Source: Asterias rubens (Eukaryota). Taken from it: a stretch of 64,000 nucleotides of DNA. Position numbers and translations under genes: made by a program. The first letter of the stretch is position 1. Each line of letters begins with the position of its first letter. The notes beneath the pieces were generated by a model. It searched no databases, had not been told where the DNA came from, and saw nothing but the letters and a program-made list of their open reading frames with translations. This document shows, piece by piece, positions 34,984 through 49,180 of this stretch. The stretch lies in contig NC_047063.1 in the NCBI RefSeq assembly GCF_902459465.1, positions 15,066,001-15,130,000 of the forward strand, given 5' to 3'.

Positions 34984-37276
34984 TGAATAGCAATCTATTA
35001 ATGAATAAAAATCTTGTATTTAAGGACGGGGTAATTCATATAATACAATGGGGGCTGGAGGGACAGGACTCTTTACAGTCACGCTTCTGTTCACTACTGA
35101 TTTATGAGCCAACACACTATGCGCAAAGATGCGTGACTGATACACCGAAGATATATTACAATAACATTACATAAATCATGACCGGAAGACTTTACTCAAG
35201 GCTTAAGACAAATGTGTGGATTAGCTTTGATTCTGTCACATGACAAGCCACTCAATCTTGAAAATGAAGTTCCATCTGGTGGTTAGTAAGTAGTAATCAT
35301 CATAACATAACGTGTGTCTTGTATCTACTGAAGACGTGCTTTCATAACACAGTCTGAGAAATGCACGGATTAAACTGTGATAACATTTGAAAATACTTTT
35401 TTTTATACTAATAAAGATTTGTATAATGCAAAACACTCGGCATAGTTAAAGTTCTGCAAAAGTTAATTTTTTTCCTCAGTCATGATCTATGAATGTGACT
35501 CAAATTATATACCTCTTGAAACCGAACTGGCATTTAATTTAGAGTGAGCTCATTTTGTTTAAAAATAAATCCCTCTAATCACTCCTGACGACATAGCAAA
35601 GAGCAAAGAACTTGACTCAACCCCAAGTAAGGTCAGCAGTCCATATAAACTATGGATACTGACTGCTTGTTACTGACTGCTACATAAATTTCAAGTCTTG
35701 ATAAGTTACTTTAAGCTCTATTGAGTAATGAAGTAAACCCATTTTAGAGATAATGATATCAATCTTTTCTAAACGTCTTACTGCTTGTTTGAATATGAAA
35801 AGTTAAGTGCATGTTAAACTGTTTCAGGAAGCTTTTCTCATTTTTATTCTCGTCTTGTATGAACAAATTTGGTCCAGTCAACTTTTTGAGCTACAAGCAC
35901 TAAAATCTTGTGAATTTTCATGAAATTTTCGCGACATTCATGAAGCCCTGGCATTGCTTATTTATAACATGAAGAGATAGTCCAGAGGCTCATCAGGTTC
36001 ATCTTATAATAACTATGTGTTTTTTCCCTCTTCTTACAAGACTGCAAAGTCAAAAGGATCAGAAAATACTACATTTTACTGCAAACAGTTTCGCTAATCA
36101 ACATCCAGCTTTTTCAAAATGACTGATGCTTTGCGGTTGATGCAACTTAGCCAAGAAACTGACCAGAAGCTGGGCGTTGACCGACAAAGCTTTCAGCAGT
36201 AACACACTAGTGTTTTTTCCTATCCTCTCGACTTTGAGGTCTTGCCAAAAGAATAAGCCATCATTAGTGAGGAGTACTAAGAAAAACCAAATGACAAACA
36301 TTCACCTATTGCAATCAAGATTATTATGTATAAAAATGAAGGCGCCTTGCAGACATTGCTCCATCAGTAGTCAGCCTTGGAATTATTGAAGACATCCACT
36401 TACTCTCTGTGGTGAATGAAGTAAATTGCCGCCTTGTATGTAGGTTAAAAAATGTGTGACTGTATTATGCTCATTTCTGTCAAGTAAGATTGTTTTAAAC
36501 AATATAGTCTGATTATGCAGCACTGTTTATTTGGGCCCAAGTGTGGAAGTTATATTCTTGACGACCAAAAAAAACCAAAGTATACCTTCTGGCTTTGGGA
36601 ACAGTTCCATTGTTTTGATCCCATATAAAATAAAGATATTTACCAAAAATACATGTACAACGGTTAAACCTGTGAAAATTTCATTTCAAAAGGTAACGCT
36701 TTTTGGGGTACTGCCGCTGGAAAACTGAGGCGATTATGTCTGCACAAGAAGAATGACCTGTGATTAGATTACACAATCTGACAAATGTTTTGTGCATGAA
36801 TCATTTCTCAGACTGAAACTGTTTTGAACCCGCTTTCTATTAAAAACTCATTTCTTAGAAAAGAATTGTTTCTAAAAGTGTTTTAATACATAGGAGAAAG
36901 GTTGACACAACCATATACTAATCCTAAAAGGGCTTACAGTTGCAGCAATTGAAACAAAGCAGCAGTGATTTTTGTGGTCCTTCACTTTTTTTAGACAGAA
37001 AAATATATGCGATCTTTAACTTGAACTACATTTCATTTGACATTCGGGATAGAGTTTGGACTTACCGCAAACATGTTTGGCATTATTATGCATTACTACT
37101 ACCGCTTCCACAACAACAATATTAATTTTTCATAATGGTGAATTTCTTCGATAAATTAAACATTTATAAATGTGCATTACTGAGAGAAAATCATCCTTGG
37201 ATAGAGATTACACTCACATTCGAACCATACATCTTTAAATTTAACCCAGGATTGTGTGCCATCCTTATATTTATGT

Positions 37277-37643
37277 TTAAAGGCACTGGACACATCTGGT
37301 TTTAACTACTAACCAACTATATATTAGCATAAAAAACTTACTTGGTAACAAGCAAGTCGACAGTATAAACAAATTGTGAGAAGAGACTCTCTCTGAGGAT
37401 TCGTAGTGACTGAGAAAGAGGTAATTTATCACATAAATCTTTAAAACTGAGAAAGACCTGACGCTTCATTCAGGCATCTGGAAGCACACAAATTTGTGCA
37501 ACGAGAGTGTTTTTTCTTTCATTATTTTCTTGCAACTTTGACGACCAATTGAGCAAAAGTTTTCACTGATTTTATGCACGTTTAAACACGCCAAGTGAGA
37601 ATACTGGACTTTAAAAACTATCAAATGTGTTCAGTGCCTTTAA
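37277..37643 (-). mobile_element. MITE family B, inverted, diverged
   Basis: ttaaaggcactggacac...gtgttcagtgcctttaa. Confidence 0.85.
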
Positions 37644-40047
37644 TCTCGGAAGAAAAAAACAACGCTGACTTTTTGTATTTAGCCACAAAGGCATCTCAAG
37701 TGCAACACTACACAGAGAAACCAATTGAGTCTGGTCCCTAATAGAATAATAAGTACCTAAACAAACATTGGATGGGTCCATGGGCAAAGTTCCATGCTAT
37801 ACTGACAACGAACCATCCAATGAAACACAACACGCTCTTACCAATAAACACTGTATAAAGGTGTCACGCCTGGATTGGATTTCCCATACTTTTGTTTATT
37901 CAGTTTCTGGCATTTTTCTTTTTCTTTACAAAAGAGATGAAAAATCCACATTAGTAGAGAATGGAATTGATCTGGTCTGTGTTCTGCAAACAGAACCTTT
38001 AAGGTATTTACATCTGGGGGGAATAACAGAACGCTATTTTCCCGTCGGTAACGAGGGAATATTTGCATGCTTGAGCCTTCCCTGTCTAGGTCGGATGAAG
38101 ATGGGATTTATTATAAGCCACATGTAAGAACGTTGAGACTGATCTCATGAGAAATAAACAATAACATTGTGTAGGACTCCGGAAGAAGGCCGAAATTAAG
38201 AGGACTATTAAAGGAAATGAAACAGCCAGACAATGCCGTTACTTTGTGGTTTAAAAAAAATAAACTGTCATTCAAATCTCGTTCAGTGCTCAATTTTATT
38301 TATGACTTGTTTAGTCTTTGGACTACAGTACAGTTTCTTGTTTTTCTATTATAGCCTTTTCCTCTTTACCAAAGACACAAGCATTTAAAGCACAATTGTT
38401 TTATTTGGTTTCAAAAATGTCCAAAGTTCTTAAATTTATTTGTATACAAAATCCCTGTTTTCTTAACAAATTATTTCTGATGAAAATGTTCACAGATTGA
38501 TTGTATTTATTATCAGTTTTAGAACTAACACACAATCAAAAAATCTACCAAATTCCTATTCCTTAATATCTAAAAACAGATTTCCACTCTGTTGAAACCA
38601 AGTATTTCTGATGAAATTGACTGCAATTGGACAAATGAATATCTGCATTTTCACATCATCATCACTTATTATTCCAAATCAAACCGTTACGCTGATGAGG
38701 CTTCCATCTTAAGGACAAGGCTAAAAATGAGAACAGATTGAGAGGCATTGCCATGGCAACGCATCAATGAAAGTCAGGTTTCCACCCTAATGCACTTCAA
38801 GGTTGCCATGTTTACTAGATTTTTATATTGCAATACAATTGGCTGTGGTTGTTGGGCTCTGTTAGGTGTATGTAATTAACTGATGATTAATACAGACTTC
38901 TTAAGGGCCAAAAAACCTTCCTCCATTACACAGTCATCATGTTTCAACGTGTAATAGTAAAGCCTGTTGAGTATTTACATGTGATTTATTCTGCTGCGTA
39001 ATCAGGACACACTAACATGCAGACAGTTCAAGCGGAAATATATCTGGAAGAGTAAAGTAATTAAAAATCTCCTGTTTTCAATCAACCGACAAATTTAGAA
39101 GGGATTTTTAAAAGCTTTATTGTTGACAAATAGAAAAATAAATAAATTATATAATTTTACATTATTGATTTTCAATAAATTTCTCACAATGCACATACAT
39201 CCTGAGTGAGAAACAATTCTGGGACTATGACTAGAGCATGTCACACAAATTCAACTCATCAACAAAATAAACCACAAGGGAATCATTTTTAATGATTGGG
39301 ATTGAGCAAAGAACAAATTGACTAGAGCGGGATTTGAACCAACATGCAATGGCTCTATATTTTGTCAATGTCTTTGTTTGAGGGTGCCAGTTAGAGGCCA
39401 TACAGGCTCCGTAAACTGCCAGGAAGCCAGGCATCATACCCCAGCTTCTGATATAACCTGGGAAGTGGCAGCCAGGGGATCACCTCAAGGGGATACAACT
39501 TGTGAGTTACATCAGTAAAAGAGTCGGACTAGGACTTAAATTGGACTAGGCTACTGCAACTAAGAAATTCAGTGAGTTGAACTAGGGTATAGTACAACTC
39601 AGACTTGACACTAAAGAACCTTTACTTACATCTATTTTTGACAATACATCAAAAACATTTCCATATTTATTTGGTTATTGTCTTCAGCACTACAGACCGT
39701 GTAAACACATTTAGAACTGCTTATTGCGACATTGTACTCAAAATTAATGTGGGAAATGTGTGTGAAGGTAAACCACCATGCAGTACATGTAGCTTCGTCC
39801 AGTGCTTCATGTACATGTATCTTCATGTACATGTATACATAACCATTGAAATTTCTTCCCAATGACCCCCCCTTTATTTGATTTTGATATTAAGACATGG
39901 TGCACTCTATGTGCTTCATGACCACTCAATGAAAAACCTGAGCGTAAGAATATTCAGCACCTAAGGTTGTAGTGCCAATGCATCCATATCATTCCTTTCA
40001 TGATTCCAAGAAACTCTGCTACATGTATGGAAGGAATATTTAATCAT

Positions 40048-40406
40048 TTAAAGCCATTGGACACTTCCGTAACAGAACAAAAATTAAAAGTTCACAGATA
40101 TACAAATAACTTACATGGTTTACAGAAGGTAATGATGAAAGACTTCCATTAAAATATTATTCCATGAAATGCTTTACTTTTTGAGAAAACATTAAAAAAA
40201 TTATCAATTCTCGATATCGAGAATATCGGATTTATTTTAAACACATGTCATGACACAGTGAAACGTGCGGAAACAAGAGTTTTTTTTTTCCCGACTCCGA
40301 TGACCGATTGAGCCTAAATTTATACATGTTTGTTATTTTAAGTTGTGATACACAAAGTGTGGGCCTTTGGACAATACTGTTTACCGATGTTGTGCGATTG
40401 CTTTAA
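40048..40406 (-). mobile_element. MITE family C, inverted
   Basis: TTAA ends; reverse complement of family C. Confidence 0.88.
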
Positions 40407-40923
40407 GTGTAGCCCTTGTAACATTTGGCTGATTATGTCAAATATAGTGATAATGTAGGCAAGAAGATCTGAAGTTATTCTCTCCTATACACAACATTTT
40501 TTTTTTAATATAAAAAGGATTTTTTTAAAACAGTAGGGAGGATATGTACTTTGAGTTTGCTAAGCACATGCCCTCCGGTTCAAGAAGCGTTTTTCAGCAT
40601 TCGTCTGTAAAGATGGTATCTCCTTTAAGCTTTACCACTCAACAGCGAGAAACGAACCCTAACACTTATTCATCATTCTGGAGTGTGACGATACATAACA
40701 CTTTTAGTGAATACATCATAGAAGGAGAAAGCACATACATTATTATGGATGAAGTCTCCTTCTTGATATCAAGGTAAACAGACGAAGGAGTAACATGGCT
40801 CATTTCACATGAAGCAAGAGAGCGTTTTTATGCTAGGCTAGGGTGAGGTAATACATTGCTTGTGGTGGATAACATCATTTATCAACAGAACATGCATACC
40901 AGAGTCTCTTGGATTCATTTGCA

Positions 40924-41203
40924 CTAAAGGATTTGGATACCTTTTCAAAATGTCCATAGATTTACATTAAACTTACAGTGTTTGAACGTAATGATAGTGG
41001 AAAGCTTCCCTTCAAATATTACTTACTGAGGTGCTGTAGTTTTTGAGAAATGAGTAAAACAATGTCATGAAAATCTGTTTGTAAATGATTAAAATCATTT
41101 TCGCCTCATGAGATGAAAATTATTTTCATGACATTGTTTTACTCATTTCCCCAAAACTACAGCACCTCAGCACGTAGTATTTTGTCCTACAAAAGTTACA
41201 AAG
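40924..41203. mobile_element. MITE family E, right end truncated
   Basis: taaaggatttggatacc...; internal inverted arms gtagtttttgagaaatgagtaaaacaatgtcatgaaaat. Confidence 0.75.
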
Positions 41204-42539
41204 ACCTTTTATAGTCAGCAGCTGTAGACTGTTACATTATTAGGATTAAACGCACTTGCAACCGCTTTGTGCTATTAAATATTCCACCTTTTTTTTCACT
41301 ACCACTAATTCAGTGAATTATTGTCTATGCTCAATACTAGTATTTCTTTTTAACAATAGTACACATAAATTGCTACAATTTCTGGTATTGGCAGCTGGAG
41401 AATGTTGCATTATTCATCTGAAAGAAACATCTGCTTTCATCAAGCAACAATAACTCCCATCCACCCATGCCTCAATAGGTCTTGATTGATGGAAACTTGT
41501 TAGAGGTACAATCAATTATATCAGCACTTACAGCTATGGATGGCAGTTCTGTGCAACACCTTTATCAACCCGCTATATTTCTTTCTTGAATTCAAAAAGA
41601 AAACCTACAGTGTGGAGTACAAGCACCTAGTATTCCCAAACCATCAATTAGAATCAGTTCAATGAAACATGAACATAATATAACCAGACATCAATTTGTC
41701 TGTCTCTGTTTGATGGTAGTGATGCATCAACTTAAATTCAGTCTGTTCCTTTTTTCCGCTTCAACTTAAAAGTGAAAAAGAGGCAAAGATCGCTGTTTTG
41801 AAACTTAATACTTATTCATTCATGATCAAGCCTACTTCTGGGGGGGGGGGGGTTGGCTTATAATTGGTAAGATTATTAGCTAAAGGACAGTGAACTTTTG
41901 TGATGAAGCTCTCAATGTGTTGGATTCATTTTGGGAGTGAATTACATTCAAGCCTGACAGAGTCCTATAAGCCAAATAAATTGGACAGAATTTTGCATCG
42001 ATTGGCACTTGGCAGCTATACGTACATCACCTGACCTTCAAATGATCTTCAAGAAAGTTCAAGCTTTCGCCTACATATTTTGTAGAATTTATATTTGCCA
42101 AGTGAAAATATTTACAATTTATAAAAATTAACCAGAAATGCCTTGTATAAACTCCTCAATATAATGTTATAAATAAACCCATGCATTAGTAGCACAAATT
42201 TGGGAGTGGTTGGCAAAAGGGGTTTCTAAAAAAACGCAATTGAGTCCCAAGTTTGATTTTTCAATTCAATGTTAAATTTAGCAAATGATTTCTTCAAAAA
42301 AAAATTGCTTTGGGAATTTTGTAAAATTTAAAAAGTATGTTTGATTTCAAAGAAAAATATATAGTCTTAGTTTGAGTTCCAGCCATGTGTGCTAGACATA
42401 TGCAAGTCTATTCCAAAATGTATTGTATATACCCATAGAGCAAGGTCGCTTATTAAAATGTTTTATACTATCAAGAGCTCTCCTTTGCGCATTACAAGTA
42501 AATTTGTACGCTAATATATATTTTTGAGGAATTACCAAG

Positions 42540-42921
42540 TAAAGCCATTATACACCTTCGGTACAGAAAAAAAAAAGTTCACAGATTTACAAATAATTTA
42601 CAGAGTTTACAGAAGGTAATGGTGAAAGACTTCTCATGAAATATTGTTCCATAAAATGCTTTACTTTTTGAGAAAACATTAAACAATATCAATTCTCGAT
42701 AGTGAGAATTACGGATTTATTATAAACACATGTCATGACACGGCGAAACAAGAGTGGGTTTTCCCATTATTTTCTCCCGACTCCGATGACCGATTGAGCC
42801 TAAATTTTCACAGGTTTGTTATTTTGAATAAATAATAATAATAATAATAATTTTTAAGTTGTGATACACAATGGGTGGGACTTGGACAATACTGTTTACT
42901 GAAAGTGTATAATGGCTTTCA
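42540..42921 (-). mobile_element. MITE family C, inverted, between a family B fragment and a family D copy
   Basis: aaagccattatacacc...gtgtataatggctttc; the right end shares a degenerate TTAA (ttca) with the next element. Confidence 0.85.
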
Positions 42922-43245
42922 AGATGCTATGTCAGATTTTTTTATTAACAATTTTTTTTTTTGAGTGAATGGTATTCCAAAGAGTATCACCCGCTCTAAC
43001 GAAAACTTTTTCATTTTAATGGTCAGGAACCATGACAAAAATTTAAAACGTTTCTTATAAAACACATAAGAGTTGGTCACGTGATATATTGTCAGGATCC
43101 AGACAAAAACTAATTTTGAGCACTTTATTTCACTGCTATTAATAATTGGTGGACTTTTTCGAGCAATGGCTCAAATGAAAGCTTGTAACTTTCTCGACCC
43201 CCATCTCGGGTCAAATCGGCCAAAAATTTGACATAGCATCTTTAA
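42918..43245. mobile_element. Kolobok/T2-type MITE family D
   Basis: aagatgctatgtcagatt...tttgacatagcatctttaa TIR. Confidence 0.85.
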
Positions 43246-43602
43246 TAATAAATGATTGATGACTGTATAAGAGACTGAATATAGGCTGCTGGGACAGCAA
43301 TAAGAATCTGGACTCGTTACGCACTGTGATTACTATCTGTTCACTACACTAATTGATCATCACAATTTGTTCCAGCTTATTACGGCTAATTTGAGCCTAA
43401 TTATGTTAAAGGCTTACAGGGTGGATTCTTGTCAGGGGCATTGAATGTTATTTTAAGACTGGGGCGATTTGCTTCCATAACCTAGTTCTGTTGACTTAGA
43501 ACTCCTTAAGAAAGACTACTGAGAACCTGCCTAAAGTGGTGACCTAGTAATTAGGTCTTGTCAAGGTTGGCAATGTATTATCTATAAATATATCTTTCTC
43601 TT

Positions 43603-43758
43603 TCTTAGTACATGCGTCTAGCTATTCAACATTGATCCACTATTCTCATCTGCTTACAGCATAAGGTTAAAGGAACACGTTCTTAGTACATGCGTCTAGC
43701 TATTCAACATTGATCCACTATTCTCATCTGCTTACAACATAAGGTTAAAGGAACACGT
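43603..43758. repeat. 78-bp tandem duplication spanning a MITE junction
   Basis: tcttagtacatgcgtctagc...aaggttaaaggaacacgt x2, one mismatch. Confidence 0.95.
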
Positions 43759-43880
43759 TGCCTTGGATCGGACGAGTTGGTCTATAAAAAGCGTATGTAA
43801 CCCTTTTTTATCACACAAACATGCCTCGAAATTGCACGGTTTTCCTTTGACCTCTTCGACTAACACAGTCGGCCATTTAA
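43745..43880. mobile_element. MITE family A, internally deleted and truncated
   Basis: Starts ttaaaggaacacgttgccttggatcggacgagttggtc, followed by internal family A segments. Confidence 0.8.
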
Positions 43881-45294
43881 TCAAACATTACACATTACTT
43901 GTTTATTAACATTGCGTATTTCACAAAGGGAATTTGTTAATGAGGCTTTTCAACACACATGACTTATTGCTCTTTTTTTTGTCAGCTGGATGCTTGAAAG
44001 CCCAGAATTTTAGGATTTTTTCCCTTAGGTCTTTAGTGGCTGTTCCTATTTTCAAAAAGTATTTTTTAAATTAAATTTGTTATCAGTGCTTTTCCAAAAG
44101 CTTTTGAATATTACCTTTATGGTTAGTGCCTTTTAAACTTAATAAGTAATGGCTATTGATCTTGTATGTATTTGCTTGAATTCTTACTATTTGTACACAC
44201 TACATTACATATGACCAACAATTTGTTTTCATGTTATTTTTTACCAATATGACAATTTATAAAAAAAAGAATTAATGAGTGAATGAATGAATAATTAGCA
44301 ATTCTTACAATCACACTTCAAATAAAATGATTGGAAGCTTTGAAACCTAAACACATTCCCAGTATGATCATTTCTGGTATGATTTGAACACAGTAATAAT
44401 CTAAGGTGAACAAAATACTCACCATTTAGGGAAAAAGAAATAGGCCCCTAATCGCAACATCATTGGGGAAACAATCCAAGAACAAAAACACTCTATATTG
44501 AGTGTTCTTATCCTTCTAAACATATGGATGTTGTACGTGAGAATTGTCCTTATAAACTAATGGTGTTGCTAAAAAATAAGGAAAATATGGTCTGCCACTC
44601 AAAAACAACACTGCGACAATGTAGGATATACATAAAATGGAAGCTACAGAACAAAACCGGCATTTGTCTCCACATTGTCCCCACATACATCAATGCCATT
44701 TCTACTTCTCTATACAAGAATATAGTGAAAAGCAGGCTTTTCATTTAACACCGACATAAATAGAATCAAAAGTGATTTCATTAAACGCCTCCTCACTACC
44801 CTCCAACCTTCCATAAATCTGTTAAATCTCTGTCCGCTAATATTCCTTTCAGTCTGTAACCCTGTCTCTTACACTTGACTCTCAAAGGCAAAAATATGCT
44901 GAACCTATGAGAAAACAGACTAGGGTATCGATCCACCCTTCAGGGTAAAGTGACGGGACTAGGAGCTTGGATGCCGTTTTGTATTCGAAAGCAGAAAGGG
45001 GGCTCCCTTGATCTAAAAATTCTATGCAAGCGCAGTTTTGAATGAGAATTAAATTTATGATAACCAACCATGACGAGGTGTAGCTTATTAGTTGACTTAT
45101 GACTTGAAGCTAAAGATTCAATCATTCAACACACACCTACACTTTACTTGGTCTTCCTATCAGCTAGTGTGCATATTACTAATTACTGTCCTCCAATTCT
45201 TAAAAGCTTGTGTTGATGGCTGTTCTTTTGCTGATTATAGCGACAGATTGGTAGCTGAATAATTTATATAGTGGAGTAGTTTCTCTCCGTTTTA

Positions 45295-45700
45295 GGCATG
45301 TTGTGGCCGAGCGGTCAATAGCATCGGACTCCTCTAAAGCTTTGGGGTTTTCTGGTCAGCAGAGTGTGGGTTCAAGTCCTGGTCTCAACACTTGTGTCCT
45401 TAAAGCAAGACAATGAACCATTATTGGTCTAGGAGATTGGGTTTTCAGTCCATACCTGACTGTGTAAGTTTCCCTGGAATAATTTTCAATTTCTTTTCCT
45501 CCTACATCTACAACCAAAACTTCCTTCCTTGTTTTCTCTCCATTGGGTTCTTGGCTAGTACAGTGACTAAGTTCACTTTACTGAGAGTCCTTGGTGGGGT
45601 TTTCCTCCCACATTTAAAACTGAAACTTCCTTCCTTGTCTTCTCTCCATTGGGTTCTTGGCTAGTACAGCGACTAAGTTCACTTTTCTGAGAGTACTTGG
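45295..45700 (+). mobile_element. Composite of two SINE types with a 106-bp tandem duplication
   Basis: tRNA-like head gttgtggccgagcggt...gggttcaagtcc plus acacttgtgtccttaaagcaagaca, then two copies of aaacttccttccttgt.ttctctccattgggttcttggctagtacag. The body is also seen at 49005-49180. Confidence 0.7.
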
Positions 45701-47925
45701 CTTCACAACCAGAATAAATGAAGTGAAATGAAAACCAGTGACTGAATGAACCAATTACAATTAGCCAGTCAGTCCATTCACCAACTTCATCTAAAACTCA
45801 CATCTACATTTGCCCTTGTTTTCTGTTTACAATCTGTAGTTTTTTACAGCCTTTTGCAACTAGGAAAAAATACTTTGTGTGCATTCCTCCTTCTTCCAGA
45901 CACATGACACATGCGCTTTGTATCCTTTGGCAAAAGGCGCATTATAAATACGGTTATTATTATTATTATTATTATGACAAGTATATTTTGCTTATCTTAT
46001 AAAACAATTATCATACAGACTGCATAATATATTTATGAGTGAAAAACGAGAGAACTTGTAAATGATGACAACTAAAACAAGTTTAACCTTTCAGCAAACA
46101 AACCTGTAACAATCTATAGTTTTGAACCCTTTTGGTGCCTCAGACTGCACAGTCTCATAGCACTCCATGTGGAATATGACAGACACTAGGGGTGAATCAC
46201 AGTTGTGATCTGTAATGTCAAGTCTAAACTGAATTTTGTTTTGATAAGACATGAGGATGAACGAGATCAGTTGCCAAACAGAACTGCCTCAAAACAAGGG
46301 TCATTTGGGGGATAAACTTGATCTTGCAAATAACAATCACACTTTGAAATTTCAGTGGGAAAAAAAAAGAAAAAAATCAATTTCCGCATTATTTTTCAAA
46401 GCACAAATTTAGGATCTTTTCAATAGAAGTGGGCAATGTGTCACTCACATTATAATACAACCACGTCATCAGTATTGCCTTGTGATGCAACATTATTCAT
46501 CTTTGTTTTTTTTTATATAAAAATGGAGGTATGATTATCAGAAATGTAGTTCTGTCAATTATTTTAAAATTTTGTAAATGTCAAGACATCAAGTCTTCAA
46601 ATAATTTGTTGAGATTACGTGGTTAAGTGCTGAATGCACCACAAGTACGGGTTACCATGGAAATGCCCAGCATGCCCATTCCTTTAGTATGAGCCTCAAA
46701 AAAATTACTTTATCTCTCAGTGTACATTCTATACGTGTGTTTTTAATACAATTAAAGTTTCTTTTAAATTATTTGCTTTTCCCTAATGTGATCCTCATAC
46801 TTGACTGCATGTTGTACAGTTTATGAATCTTGTTTGTTACCATTATTAGCCTATAATATATATTTTTATTGACTCAACTGTAACAGACCCATGAGCTGTT
46901 TTTATACATATTTAAACATATTGAAATAAACACAGGTAAAAAAAAACAAGGTTGAGGCAGTTGAGTTACCAAAATTTGAATTTGAGTTACTCACTCAAGG
47001 CCCATCCTTTGCCAAGAATTAATCATTCATAAAATTACCAATGAGCAAAATATTAACCTATGGTCAGTATATTCTGCAATGTAATTGGTTTACACAATGC
47101 ACTATGTCTCTAACATTACGACTGCATCAAACAGACCATACGGAGAAAGGTAAAAGAATCAAATTCCAATGTATATTAATTAGTCTAAGTAGTCATACTA
47201 AAAGTTACTAAAGGGGTATTTCTAGCATCCAAAATGTACCAGTAATTCTTTTTTTTCAGGAGCCATTGCTTTACTGCCTTTCATTACTGGGGGGGGGGGG
47301 GGGACCAAGGAATTCAGTGTGCCTGCATGGAAGACGGTGTAGAGCTGCACTTCCTTCTTTCAGGCACATCTTATCTTATTCTTTATTTGGCCATTAAACA
47401 ATTACAAATACAAGCAGAAAAGACAAAAAGAAAAAAATATCATCAGCATAATAAATTTATGAGTGAAATATCAAGGCAATTTTAAAAGAATGACAACCTG
47501 ACTAAAACAAAGTTCAACCATTCAGCAAACAAACTCCTGAATGACTTCATCTTGATTTCGCAGAATTATTCCTTAGTGACCACATCTGGAAATCATAGAA
47601 TAACTTTGTAGGACATTGGCACAGTGGCGCTATCAAATGTAATGAAAACCAACTAGGCATAAAAACAAAGAGGCATTTACATACAATGTGTGTAATTCAG
47701 GTCTGCATTCAATCTGAACAATATTAACAACAGTTCAAATTCGATTTAACTTGAGGGATTAAAGGTAGGGCAAGGTGCATTTCAGCTTTTACAAAACTCT
47801 CCGTAATTCAATGTACTTCGTGTTATTGAGAAGAAAGTTACGAAAAGGCATTACATTTATTATTATCTATCTCAGAAAGAAACCATGGGATTCTGATAGT
47901 AATTTTCAGCTGTTACTGATTAGAC

Positions 47926-48263
47926 TTAAAGATGCTATGTCAGATTTTTGGCCGATTTGACCCCAAAAATTTGATTTAAAATTCATTAGGTGTTTTGATG
48001 GGGGTCGAGAAAGTTACAAGCTTTCATTTCAGCCATTGCTCGAAAAAGTCCGTCAATTATTAGTAGCAGGGAAATAAAGTGCTCAAATAACTTTTTGTCT
48101 TATGTGTTTTATAAGAAACGTTTAAAAAAAAATTAATGGTTCCTGACCATTAAAAGTAAAAGTTACATTTTTTTTCGTTAGAGCGGGTGATACTCTTTGA
48201 AGTACCATTCACTCAAAAAAAATCAATTTTTTATTGTTTGGGGCAAAAAATCTGACATAGCAT
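47926..48263. mobile_element. MITE family D, opposite orientation to 42918-43245
   Basis: ttaaagatgctatgtcagatttt...aaaatctgacatagcat; right TTAA lost. Confidence 0.85.
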
Positions 48264-49004
48264 TAGACCTACCTATTTAGAGAAGATGACAAAAAAATGC
48301 TCAGCTAGAATAATGAAGATGTGGTAGGTTAACCTAAAATAAGGAAATTAGGCCAAAACTACAATCAGGGGGGTGGAAAACCAAATCTACTTTACAAAAA
48401 TAATTGAATCCCAAATCCACAGGGGTGAAAGGCTTATATTTCTTTCTTTTTATAACTTCAAAGTCCTTTCCTGAATCTGAAAGTTATAGAACTTGAATCC
48501 AAAAGTTATCGAAAAAACAGACTGATTTCTTTGATTACTTAGAGGCAAAATGTTGTTTACAAAATGTTGCATTTTATTGCTGAATCTAATTGCTGAACTA
48601 ATGACAGGAAGATAAGAAGCTAACGTGTTTGGTACTACTGAGCATAGCACTGATATTATAACTAATTGTAATATGAAACACATTAAATATTTACAATTCA
48701 AGTCTGGACAATGTTGTATTTTAGAAGTTGGAACATGTACCAATTATAAATTACAATGTCATAATAACATAAATTATACAAGGTGGTTTAAAAAAAAAAA
48801 AGGTTTACCATAAATGATAGCCCTATTTGCATAATTGCTTACTTACATTATTTTTTGATATGAAAGTGGTGACTGTTCTACCATTAATGGTCAAAATATC
48901 TTAGAAATAAGATAATATTTGTTCAAGGGGAGACTTGTTAACTTGCTTGTCTTAATATGTAATATATTGTATCACTCATACAACAAATGTTAACAAACAA
49001 CTCA

Positions 49005-49180
49005 GGTTTGCTCAGTGGTTTCTTTCCTTGCCTTTCACCTCTGTGGACTCTGGTTCGGATCCCACCTCAGACCGGAGCATTGCATATAATTGAATTTAGT
49101 TTTTAGTCCCCATCTGATTGACTGTGTTTTCCCTATTATTGGGGTTTTCCTCCCACATCTAATTCTAAAATGTTCTTCTT
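49005..49180 (+). mobile_element. tRNA-derived SINE with a GGGGTTTTCCTCCCACA (V-domain-like) core
   Basis: gctcagtggtt...ggttcggatccc head; ggggttttcctcccacatcta shared with 45597. Confidence 0.65.

Noticed and set aside
38129-38139. AACGTTGAGAC, identical to the hammerhead 3' part
   Set aside because: No GAAA box, stem II or CUGANGA upstream; too short to be meaningful.
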